Source of the DNA: Candidatus Uhrbacteria bacterium CG_4_9_14_3_um_filter_41_35
GTDB lineage: Bacteria > Patescibacteriota > Patescibacteriia > UBA9934
Assembly: GCA_002791275.1 (NCBI GenBank)
Contig: PFWT01000009.1
Span: forward strand, 211,357 to 275,356
Length of the DNA stretch: 64,000 nt
Direction of reading: 5' to 3'
Shown piece by piece: positions 9,753 through 17,909 of the stretch; within the stretch, counting starts at the first letter, position 1; every line of letters begins with the position of its first letter. A program made the position numbers and the translations under genes. The notes beneath the pieces are model-generated. The model saw only the letters and a list, made by a program, of their open reading frames with translations, was not told the DNA's origin and did not search any database.

Positions 9753-11183
9753 TTACATTAGATTTTCTTTCACCCACTTAATCACATACCAAGTAGCACG
9801 CACATCGTCTTCATTGTAATCAATAATATCTTGAAGTGCCTGCTGATCACTCTCGTTTAGCCATTTTTCGTACCAAATAATCGAATCCACCCCCGTTACC
9901 TCTCCAGCTCGCCACTTAAAACCAAGGTGTTTAGCCACATCTTTTAGCGAGTAAAACGGACTCGGAAAAATAATACTACCTCGCAAACGACCCAGTAGAT
10001 CAATCATATTTTCAGAAAACATTCGTTCTGCAACTTCGGTAACACCGTATTTTGCAGATAATTGTCTAAATCTATCTACTTCGTACCAACCATAGTGATA
10101 TATATTAGCTCCGGCGTATTCCCCAATAAAACTCAAAAAATCACGCCAAGTACTAGCTTCGTCTTCTGGGGTTTCGGCAGTAAATACGTGATAAGTTTCA
10201 TTAGCACCATCAACAACCAGCACACCAAACATAAAATCAACATCTCGCAAGGAGTCACTTTCAATGTCGATTATCAGCACAACTCCATCCTCATTTGGTA
10301 GATCTATATCTCCAATTCTGATTATTTGTTTATCAAGAAGTGAGATTGCTTGTTGTTGCAAAAAATATAAACGATCAAGCGAAACGCCACGAACTTTTTT
10401 TAGAACTTCCGACTTTACCGAAGCTAACTTTGATACCGTATCTATGCCGGCATCCTCAAGTGAATGTGCCTCATTTCGCCAAATTCTATTCAAGACGGAC
10501 AAACTGTCACAACTTTCCGAATCGCCCATACACTCAGAAAACCACGGCGACTGTTTGCAACCGCTAGTTAAAAAGTGCGGCTTATCCTCGCCATCTAAAA
10601 TTTCCTGAATCGAATCTAAAGTCAGATGAAACTCCGTATAAAAATCATTTATAAGATAGCTGTCCACCACCCCATTAGCATGAATAACATAACCATTAAC
10701 TGGCCTTACCCCCTGAAGTTTTCTCAAAATTTGGGCATAAAATACCCCCTGAAATTTGTATTCAGTTTTTAATTGACTCGAACGTTTAATATCGCTTGCA
10801 ACGTAGTACCAATTTCCGAAATTTGACCGACCCTCTACCTTCTCTAAAACATCCGGTCGACCAACCCAGTGACCGTGCACCAAAACCCCTTTATAAATAG
10901 TTTCCGCGCCTTTTTTCATAAGCGTCAAAGTTTCAAGTGCAGCCTCATCCATGTCCTCACTTACAACCTCGGAGATATTCCGATCACGCAAAAGCTCGAG
11001 CTCATGTTCACGGAGAAGCCCTTCGGTCTGCAGTTTTTCAATCAAAGCCTCCTGAAACTGACCCTCGTTTTTAAGCTCACGAGCAATCCACGAGGGACAC
11101 TTTAGATATTTATAAAAGCTTTGTTCTGTAATTATTGGTTTCATACGGTTATTATAACAGAGAGACGCCGAGGATGACAGCAA
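9753..11183 (-). CDS. RecB-family (PD-(D/E)xK, Cas4/TM0106-like) nuclease with C-terminal RNase-H-like domain
   Basis: N-terminal YKYLKCPSWIARE motif and a Cys cluster (C..SPWFSEC..SESC). The C-terminal region IIDIESDSL...DFMFGVLVV is exonuclease/RNase-H-like. Matches the architecture of the TM0106 putative-nuclease family. Confidence 0.45.
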   Translation of the reverse strand: MLSSSASLCYNNRMKPIITEQSFYKYLKCPSWIARELKNEGQFQEALIEKLQTEGLLREHELELLRDRNISEVVSEDMDEAALETLTLMKKGAETIYKGVLVHGHWVGRPDVLEKVEGRSNFGNWYYVASDIKRSSQLKTEYKFQGVFYAQILRKLQGVRPVNGYVIHANGVVDSYLINDFYTEFHLTLDSIQEILDGEDKPHFLTSGCKQSPWFSECMGDSESCDSLSVLNRIWRNEAHSLEDAGIDTVSKLASVKSEVLKKVRGVSLDRLYFLQQQAISLLDKQIIRIGDIDLPNEDGVVLIIDIESDSLRDVDFMFGVLVVDGANETYHVFTAETPEDEASTWRDFLSFIGEYAGANIYHYGWYEVDRFRQLSAKYGVTEVAERMFSENMIDLLGRLRGSIIFPSPFYSLKDVAKHLGFKWRAGEVTGVDSIIWYEKWLNESDQQALQDIIDYNEDDVRATWYVIKWVKENLM

Positions 11184-11254
11184 TTATTCATCCGAGGCTC
11201 AGCCTTGCCAAGGCTAAGCCTCGGATTTATTTAATAGCGACCTTAGTCAAACAA

Positions 11255-11340
11255 AAAACCGCGAATGATGATCCGTACCCCAAAAAGTGGACACGAAAGT
11301 GTTCACTTTTTGGGGTACGGATCAATGAACGCGGTTTTTT
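11255..11340 (-). terminator. Rho-independent terminator (20-bp stem hairpin) downstream of the PPIase gene
   Basis: Hairpin GATCCGTACCCCAAAAAGTG-loop-CACTTTTTGGGGTACGGATC at 11270-11323, with T-rich tracts on both sides. Confidence 0.55.
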
Positions 11341-11345
11341 TGAAA

Positions 11346-12026
11346 TTATTTTGCTTCCTCGATAACAACCTTCTGCATTTTGTCACCACCCACAATCTGA
11401 AGTACAACATCCTGCCCCTCGATTACCTCACCGAAAATTGTGTGAGCTCCTTGTAGCCACTCTGTTGGCACGGTTGTGATAAAGAATTGACTACCATTTG
11501 TACCAGGTCCTCGGTTAGCCATTGCTAGCTTACCTGGCTCGCTAAAGTTAACTTCGTCAGAAAACTCGTCCTCAAAATTGTAACCCGGACCACCAGCGCC
11601 TGTACCAGTTGGATCGCCACCCTGAACCATAAAGTCCTCGATCACGCGGTGGAATGTAAGGCCATCGTAGTAACCTTCCTCTGTTAAATACACAAAGTTT
11701 GAAACAGTCTTTGGCGCAATTTCGTCTAGTAGTTTAATCACTACATCACCGTTCTTTGTGGTAATTCGAACCTGCTTATTGTGAATTTTTTCCGCTGGTA
11801 AAACACCTGGGAAAGCGTATGTTTTTTCTGTCATAGTATTTACATTAGGCTCTGATTCCTTCACCTCCTCTGAGTTAACTGAATCATCGTTTGATTTAAG
11901 TTGAATGTTGGTAGCTTCTAAACCGTCATCGGCACTAGGCACCCCCGTACAACCAGCACCAATAAACAGCAAAAAGCTGAAAATTGCAAGATATTTCATA
12001 ATTATTGTTAAAATAAAAACTTCCAA
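11346..12026 (-). CDS. ppiB: Peptidyl-prolyl cis-trans isomerase, cyclophilin type (lipoprotein)
   Basis: Lipobox FIGAGC and a cyclophilin core ([31 protein letters not shown]). Confidence 0.85.
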   Translation of the reverse strand: MEVFILTIIMKYLAIFSFLLFIGAGCTGVPSADDGLEATNIQLKSNDDSVNSEEVKESEPNVNTMTEKTYAFPGVLPAEKIHNKQVRITTKNGDVVIKLLDEIAPKTVSNFVYLTEEGYYDGLTFHRVIEDFMVQGGDPTGTGAGGPGYNFEDEFSDEVNFSEPGKLAMANRGPGTNGSQFFITTVPTEWLQGAHTIFGEVIEGQDVVLQIVGGDKMQKVVIEEAK

Positions 12027-12068
12027 AATATTATCATAGAGATGAGAATCTTGGAAGTATTAATTGTT

Positions 12069-12440
12069 TTATCGAACTTGTGACTGCAGTACAGCTATGT
12101 GATCCGCTTGAACATTAAGTGCGTAAACGGAGGTTAAAAGGACAGCTGTTAGCGAAAAAGAGAGTACAAGCAATAAACTTACCAGTTCCACACTACCAAC
12201 GGGTAGTGCATTGCAACTTCGACAAACGTTTGCGGAAACAAATGTATTTGTCGGTTTTTTCTTAAGCGGAGTCGATTTCATTGTACTTTTAGCAGGCTTT
12301 TTCCGTGCTGCAACTTTTTTTGCTGGCGTTCTTTTTTTCGTTACCGATGTTTTTTTAACAGTCATACCTCCAATATTATCAATAATTGATAGGTAAATTA
12401 TATCATAAAACCAAAATTCTATTTTGTGTATTTTATACAC
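12069..12440 (-). CDS. Hypothetical small basic protein (Lys/Pro/Ala-rich, C-terminal hydrophobic segment)
   Basis: ORF only. It has a histone-H1-like basic low-complexity stretch (KKRTPAKKVAARKKPAKS) and may be spurious. Confidence 0.25.
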   Translation of the reverse strand: MYKIHKIEFWFYDIIYLSIIDNIGGMTVKKTSVTKKRTPAKKVAARKKPAKSTMKSTPLKKKPTNTFVSANVCRSCNALPVGSVELVSLLLVLSFSLTAVLLTSVYALNVQADHIAVLQSQVR

Positions 12441-12484
12441 ACCCTATTCGGTTGAATAAGGGTATTGATTGAAAATAACTAGGA

Positions 12485-12925
12485 GATGATCAATGTCCTC
12501 AATTGTTTTGAGTTGAATTAATACTTATTTATAATGTGATTCCGAGTGAGATTCTTCGGTGTGATCCACGTTCACCTCAGAATGACGGTTTGTTTAGATT
12601 CTTCGCCGTGATTCACGCTAAGCTATGAATGACGAGGCGATGAGATTCTTCACCGTGATTCACGTTAGGTTCAGAATGACGCTTGGTTTAATGGGCTTAG
12701 CCTTGAACTTCGTCCATCACATATTCCGTCATCCTGAAGCTGGCGACGATTCACGCTGAAGGATCTCCTTCGCCCTGTGCTGAATCGACATTCGCTTAGT
12801 GATTCAGTAATGAGATTCTTCGGTGTAGTTCACGTTCACCTCAGAATGACGGTTTTGTTTGATTTTGTCGGTGTGGTTCACGCCAAGGTCTGAATGATGG
12901 TTTAGTGGCTGTATAGCTTCTCCGA
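12485..12925. repeat. Array of a composite REP/MITE-like repeat family (locus 1)
   Basis: Contains at least four forward units (~GAGATTCTTCGCCGTGATTCACGTTAGGCTCAGAATGACGG) and one diverged inverted unit (CCGTCATCCTGAAGC..CACGCTGAAGGATCTCCTTCGCC). The same family occurs at 18.85-19.6 kb, 26.87-27.17 kb and 58.88-58.99 kb. Confidence 0.8.
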
Positions 12926-12974
12926 TGTTGTAAAAAATAAATCGCAATCTCTGTATGCAAAAAATACTAACGAA

Positions 12975-13008
12975 CTAAGACTGAGTCGCATCTGCAACTC
13001 AGTCTTAG
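12975..13008. repeat. Perfect 12-bp-stem hairpin (CTAAGACTGAGT ... ACTCAGTCTTAG) adjoining the repeat array
   Basis: Inverted repeat seen directly in the sequence. An extended 24-bp-stem version sits at 59144-59194, next to another array copy. The downstream flank TAATAAAAAACTCC is shared by both. Confidence 0.7.
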
Positions 13009-13024
13009 ATAATAAAAAACTCCA

Positions 13025-13055
13025 AAATCAAATCAAATCAAATCAAATCAAATCG
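13025..13055. repeat. (AAATC)n microsatellite, about 6 units
   Basis: Directly visible as aatcaaatcaaatcaaatcaaatcaaatc. Confidence 0.8.
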
Positions 13056-13139
13056 TAACCAAGCCTTGGTCAAGGTAAATCACCAAATTGAAAAGCTCAT
13101 TACACTTCGCAACCTATAGCCCAAAACCTAATACAAAAA

Positions 13140-13470
13140 AAGATCTGCACGCGCAGATCAAAGTAGACGAAAGTGGTCGGGAGACCACGTAAGTGTTAGA
13201 CCAGAGTGCCGCACAGCGACCGTATTTTTAGTCTCTGTACTGTTCAAAGGTTTACAATTACGTAGTCTCCCGCCACCCAAGTGTGCAGTGAGTGAATTCC
13301 GCCTATCGTACCGCCCCGAACAGTACAGTCGGAAAACCCCTCCCCAAGGCACCGCTCTCCAACGGTGACTCACTGCAATAATGAGTTCGAACGCTCCAGT
13401 CAGACTAGCCACTGAGGGGACTAGGAGGTACCGGACATGAGCTCAGCTGTCTGGGCGTTCGAAAGAAAAA
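13140..13470. ncRNA. Unclassified GC-rich structured RNA candidate (strand and identity undetermined)
   Basis: A roughly 330-nt intergenic block is markedly more GC-rich than its surroundings. It has a terminal stem (agatctgc-acgc-gcagatc) and a long-range pairing (gttcgaacgc ... gcgttcgaa). The only ORF across it (13158-13412) is low-complexity, apparently noise. The tmRNA lies elsewhere in this window, so it is not that. RNase P, SRP or 6S RNA could not be confirmed by eye. Confidence 0.3.
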
Positions 13471-13552
13471 TTTATCAAAAGAGCAATAATGATCATACAC
13501 TTACAAAATATATCTGTCAAGTCACCAATCACAAAACCGCCTATTTGGCGGT

Positions 13553-14590
13553 TTATTTTTCAATCCTTTCCCAACTCACCCCGGCTCTTCCAAAGTAACC
13601 GTAATTAGCAACGTCCTGATAGATTGGCTTACGTAGATCAAGCCTTTCCACAATTGCCTCTGGTCTAAAATCGTATTTATCTTTAACTAATTTCGACAAA
13701 TTCTCGCCTTTTCCACCCACAGCTTCAATAAAAATTGGTTCCTGTTGACCAATACTGTAGCCAACCTTGATTAAAATATTACCGACCGCTCCTGAAGCCA
13801 CTATATTTTTTGCAGCATATCGCGCCATGAGCGAGCCAGCTCGACTTGGCTTTAATGGATCCTTTCCTGAAATTGCCCCACCACCACTTGGCAACAAACC
13901 TCCGTAAGTATCAGCAAGCGTTTTTCGACCAGAAGCTCCGGCGCAAGCTGAAAAACCACCGGTACAAAAAGAACCACTTGAATTCACATACATTCTAAGG
14001 CCATCCACCTCACCAAGAATTGGTGTGATTACTGTATCAACCAAAGCCATTTGCATTTGTGCTAACTCCATCTTCGGCGCATGTTGCACTAAAACAGTGA
14101 CCGAAACCGGTCGTTTGCCATCCATTGTTAGTTGAACTTTACCGTCCGGCAATAGCCATTGAAAAGCCTCATCCGTACGTCTGAGGTCATCAATTCTGCG
14201 CGCTAGTGCTGAAGCATAAACATACGCAAGTGGCATCATCTCTCGTGTTTCCCTGGTTGCATAGCCGTGAACAACAGTTGTCCCCTGAGATCCACCGGCT
14301 ACCACAATCTTTGCAACATCTTCGCTTGGCCTTTCAATATTAATAAAAGGTTCAAGCTCATCCTGATTTCCAATATTTTTGTAAACCTTTTGAATAATTG
14401 AAGCTGAATCAAAATCCGCTCTTGAGTCCACACTTCCGCCAATCATAATCATTCCATGACTACCAAGCGCCTGGATATCAACGCGACTTTTCTCATCACG
14501 TCTTAGATATTCATCAAGAATTGCCTCCACTATTCGGTCGCACATTTTATCTGGATGACCAGAAAGTGGAATTTCAACTGTTTTCAGCAT
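13553..14590 (-). CDS. metK: S-adenosylmethionine synthetase
   Basis: GHPDKMCDRIVEAILD N-terminal motif. The C-terminal GGGAISGKDPLKPSRAGSLMARYAAKNIVASG matches MetK [32 protein letters not shown]. Confidence 0.85.
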   Translation of the reverse strand: MLKTVEIPLSGHPDKMCDRIVEAILDEYLRRDEKSRVDIQALGSHGMIMIGGSVDSRADFDSASIIQKVYKNIGNQDELEPFINIERPSEDVAKIVVAGGSQGTTVVHGYATRETREMMPLAYVYASALARRIDDLRRTDEAFQWLLPDGKVQLTMDGKRPVSVTVLVQHAPKMELAQMQMALVDTVITPILGEVDGLRMYVNSSGSFCTGGFSACAGASGRKTLADTYGGLLPSGGGAISGKDPLKPSRAGSLMARYAAKNIVASGAVGNILIKVGYSIGQQEPIFIEAVGGKGENLSKLVKDKYDFRPEAIVERLDLRKPIYQDVANYGYFGRAGVSWERIEK

Positions 14591-14844
14591 ATTTAGAATT
14601 GTACGGATTGTTCCTGTAAGATTTTAAATCAACAATCGGTTGCTAAAACTTATCACTATTTTTGTTTTTGTTCAATCTTCACCAAACCTACTCACAGATC
14701 AAGAAAATAAACGCGTTTCAGCTACGATAAAACAGTTTACTACAAAATAAAATTGCTAATACATCACAAATTTAATTAAAAATATCACTTTATGCGAAAA
14801 TATTTGATATTTTTAATTGAAAGCAACTTATCCACCCTCAAACC

Positions 14845-14892
14845 TTGCGTTCGGTTTTTGTTCGGTTTATAATAGAACAAGAAACGAACATT
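14845..14892 (+). promoter_or_regulatory. Candidate operator/promoter region of lexA (TGTTC-N11-GAACA palindrome plus tandem GTTCGG repeats)
   Basis: The palindrome tgttcggtttataatagaaca lies at 14859-14879, just upstream of the lexA start. It is not a canonical Cheo or SOS box, so the assignment is tentative. Confidence 0.25.
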
Positions 14893-14893
14893 T

Positions 14894-15523
14894 ATGAATC
14901 AACAACCTCCCCTTACGAAAAAACAAACAGAAGTGCTTAACGTTATTCAAACATTCATCCAAAGTAATGGCTACACACCTTCATACCGAGAAATTGCCTC
15001 CATTATGGGTCTATCCTCCCCCTCTACTATCCACCAACATGTTCAGGCACTATGTGAAAAAGGCGTTATAAATACTGGTGATGACGGTACAGCAAGATCA
15101 ATTGAACTTTGTGATGCTGACGATCTGTCTGAAATGAGCATTCTTTTACCCTTGGTTGGTATTATCACCGCGGGTGAACCTATAGAGGCCATTCAAACCA
15201 ATGAAACTATGGTCGTTCCAACAGATTTCGTAGTCGACGCAAGCAAATCTTTTATCCTTAAGGTAAAGGGTCGATCAATGATCGAAGATGGAATTTTTGA
15301 CGGTGATTATGTTGTCATTGAACGTAATCCATCACCAAACAATGGAGACACTGTGGTAGCTCTTCTCGATAACACCTATGCCACACTAAAACGCTTTTAT
15401 CGCGAAGCAAATCACATCAGATTACAACCAGCAAACAGCACGATGGAGCCGATCATTGTTAAAGGTGATATCGACATTCAAGGTACAGTAAGAGCCGTTA
15501 TCCGAAAGTTCTCACAATTCTAA
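14894..15523 (+). CDS. lexA: LexA repressor (S24 peptidase family)
   Basis: N-terminal winged-HTH region (TKKQTEVLNVIQTFIQSNGYTPSYREIA). The C-terminal S24 domain carries the catalytic Ser in VKGRSMIEDGI and the Lys in ATLKRF. Confidence 0.85.
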   Translation: MNQQPPLTKKQTEVLNVIQTFIQSNGYTPSYREIASIMGLSSPSTIHQHVQALCEKGVINTGDDGTARSIELCDADDLSEMSILLPLVGIITAGEPIEAIQTNETMVVPTDFVVDASKSFILKVKGRSMIEDGIFDGDYVVIERNPSPNNGDTVVALLDNTYATLKRFYREANHIRLQPANSTMEPIIVKGDIDIQGTVRAVIRKFSQF

Positions 15524-15667
15524 ACATTCACAACTAGGATCCCCCCTTTATTTTCTACTATAGAACTTCGCTTCCTTTTTAGGATCCCAAGTGAAGTCCT
15601 GGAGTAGAGCCGTAGGGATCCGGCAATATTTCAGCGCGCCCACTACTCCTCTTGTGGGTGCAACTGG

Positions 15668-15704
15668 AAAACACGCCTTGCCCCATAAGGCGTGTTTTCT
15701 TTCG
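15668..15704 (+). terminator. Rho-independent terminator after lexA
   Basis: Hairpin acacgcctt-gccccat-aaggcgtgt followed by a TTTTCTTTC tract. Confidence 0.55.
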
Positions 15705-16070
15705 GCAATTTAATTAATCAGTCCTAATTTTTTCGATTCACTACCAAGTTGAGTATATATTTTATAGTCAACTACATAGCAATCTGAATTTTAGACTATA
15801 AAAAATTTGGGTTCTTATTATTTACTTTAGAATTTAAATTTTAAAAAATTGATCTTACCTAAGATCTCAACCTAATAGTTCATAACCAAAAGCCTAAAGT
15901 TTTTTCACCACCTTACTTATGTCAAACACAACTCTTCGCTTCTACAATTCAACCCTTTCGTACAGTGCAAATTTGCGTGACCGCAAACTACGAGGTATGA
16001 AAAAGCGCTTCAAAACAAGAATTAGCCGAAGACGGGTAAAACAGGTGGTAAATACTATGCTTTATAAATT

Positions 16071-16091
16071 GCAGATGTCATAAACATCTGC
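16071..16091 (+). promoter_or_regulatory. Perfect palindrome GCAGATGT-cataa-ACATCTGC abutting a TATAAAT -10-like box upstream of the small-ORF/polY pair
   Basis: TATAAAT at 16063-16069 is immediately followed by 8-bp inverted-repeat arms. This position is typical of a repressor operator. Confidence 0.3.
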
Positions 16092-16122
16092 TTCAAACTT
16101 ACTTAACCAGCTTCCATTTTCT

Positions 16123-16371
16123 ATGCATCAATTACTAAACGAACCGATTGAAGTTCTCGTTGAGTTCAAAGGAAAACACGTAAAACCAAGACGAATACGT
16201 TGGGGAAATAATATCTACGATATGAACGCCTTTAATTTAGTTCACGGTGTTCTAGAAGGCACAAAACAGGTTTTCTATTTTTCAGTTTCAGACGCTACCA
16301 ATTTTATGAAGCTAAGATTCGAAACTGAATCACTTGAATGGCGTCTGGTTGAACTTTATACCGACGGGTAA
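16123..16371 (+). CDS. Small hypothetical protein preceding the Y-family polymerase (possible accessory, YolD-like position)
   Basis: 82-aa ORF lying between lexA and the polymerase gene. No recognisable motifs. Confidence 0.3.
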   Translation: MHQLLNEPIEVLVEFKGKHVKPRRIRWGNNIYDMNAFNLVHGVLEGTKQVFYFSVSDATNFMKLRFETESLEWRLVELYTDG

Positions 16372-16447
16372 AACCAAAGAACTTAGAACAATCAACAAAC
16401 GTATATCAAACAATAAACAGCACCAATACTTATTCCACCTAGTATCT

Positions 16448-17728
16448 ATGCCTCAAAAAATTATTCTTCATCTTGATTTCAACTCATATTTTGCATCTGT
16501 TGAGCAACAAGCAAATCCATTTTTAAGGGGTAAGGCAATTGCTATTGCTGGAAAAGGCGTAGATTCTATTGATCTGTCGCATACGCATTATAAAAATATT
16601 CGTTTTAATGTTAAACAAGCGAGTTTACAGCGTACGGTCGTAACCACCGCCTCAAAAGAAGCAAAAAAATTAGGTGTTAAAACCGCTATGTCCAGCCTCG
16701 AAGCTCGCCGAATTGCTCCAGAGTTAATAATAATCCCTGGTGATCCAAAGAAATATAGCGAAGTTACCGACAGATTTTTAAAAATACTAAATAAATATTG
16801 CGATAAAGTAGAACAATTTAGTACAGACGAAGCCTTTGCTGATATCACAAACAATGCCGGTGATTACTTTGGCGCCACCATGCTAGCGCAAATGATTCGA
16901 AACGATATCAGACTAGAAATCGGTGAGGCTTGCACTGTTTCTATTGGCATTGCCCCAAATAAACTTGTTGCAAAGTTGGCTGGTGAGTCCGTTAAACCAA
17001 ACGGAATTACAATTGTACCTCCAAAATGCGTGGATAAATTTATTTTATCCAGAAAACTAGACGATATTTGCGGTATAGGCCGAAGCACTGAACGACAACT
17101 TCATTCCCTCGGTATTACCACAATGAAAACCTTAAGAGAAACATCCCTCAAGGATCTTGTAGCGGTCTTCAAAGAAGACCGTGGTTATTTTCTGTACTTT
17201 GCTTCAAGAGGTATCGGAGACGATGAGGTTAATAATGTTGCCGAGGAGCCTAAATCAATTGGTCATTCCTACACCTTTCCTCACGACCTTGATACCGACA
17301 TTGAACTACAAATGAATCTCCTTGCTCTTTGCGATAAGGTGGCTTGGCGAATGCGTCGAGATGGTTTTGTAGCTACCGAAATTGGGGTTTGCGCCAACTA
17401 CAAAGAATCTGGGAGTATTGGTGCGGTCAGAAGATGTCAAACACCTATGGAGGACGGCTTAGCGCTGTTTAAATCAGCCTGGGCAGTGCTCGATAAAGCT
17501 AGAAATCCAAATATTCCAATACGTCTACTTGGTGTTTCAGCTCGAGGTTTAATCAAATCAGAAATGCCACAGGGGCTATTCCCAAAACAAGAAAAAATGC
17601 ACAAAACTCTTCAGGCACTAGACAAAGCGCAAACTCGCCACGGTTCAGGTATTTGGCAACGCGCCTCAACAATGAAAACAAGTTTTAAAGAACGTGTTTC
17701 CGGTTTTAATTACGATCACAAAGTATAA
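16448..17728 (+). CDS. Y-family (DinB/UmuC-type) translesion DNA polymerase
   Basis: The IILHLDFNSYFASVEQ motif matches the Y-family palm motif (hVDMDcFFAsVE), and the SxDEAF motif (STDEAFADIT) retains the catalytic Asp/Glu. A little-finger-like C-terminus is present. Start placed at the ATG at 16448, in frame with ORF 16334. Confidence 0.8.
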   Translation: MPQKIILHLDFNSYFASVEQQANPFLRGKAIAIAGKGVDSIDLSHTHYKNIRFNVKQASLQRTVVTTASKEAKKLGVKTAMSSLEARRIAPELIIIPGDPKKYSEVTDRFLKILNKYCDKVEQFSTDEAFADITNNAGDYFGATMLAQMIRNDIRLEIGEACTVSIGIAPNKLVAKLAGESVKPNGITIVPPKCVDKFILSRKLDDICGIGRSTERQLHSLGITTMKTLRETSLKDLVAVFKEDRGYFLYFASRGIGDDEVNNVAEEPKSIGHSYTFPHDLDTDIELQMNLLALCDKVAWRMRRDGFVATEIGVCANYKESGSIGAVRRCQTPMEDGLALFKSAWAVLDKARNPNIPIRLLGVSARGLIKSEMPQGLFPKQEKMHKTLQALDKAQTRHGSGIWQRASTMKTSFKERVSGFNYDHKV

Positions 17729-17909
17729 TTCATCAAATAATTAAAAACATTATTATGCTTGGTCTCAAACTTTTAGTGCAACTAAATTATTAAATACTTC
17801 ATCTGGTTTTTAATATTCATGAACTACTCTTGTGATCCGTACCCCAAAAAATGGATTACTTATACACTTTTCTTGATTAATTAAATTTATTGTGTTTTTA
17901 TATGTATCT

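Noticed and set aside
12069-12440. Interpreting the Lys/Pro/Ala-rich ORF as a histone-H1-like nucleoid protein.
   Set aside because: Only low-complexity composition supports it. It is kept as a low-confidence CDS and not promoted to a finding.
13158-13412. 84-aa ORF inside the GC-rich intergenic block.
   Set aside because: No start context. Arg/Gly/Trp-rich apparently meaningless translation. The region looks like structured RNA.
14591-14893. SAM riboswitch upstream of metK.
   Set aside because: The region is AT-rich, with no recognisable SAM-I/II/III core helices or conserved nucleotides by eye.
16334-16447. Upstream extension of the Y-family polymerase ORF (start at 16334, overlapping the 82-aa ORF).
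   Set aside because: The conserved polymerase N-terminus (IILHLDFNSYFA) begins right after the internal ATG at 16448. The extension has no conservation and would overlap the preceding ORF.
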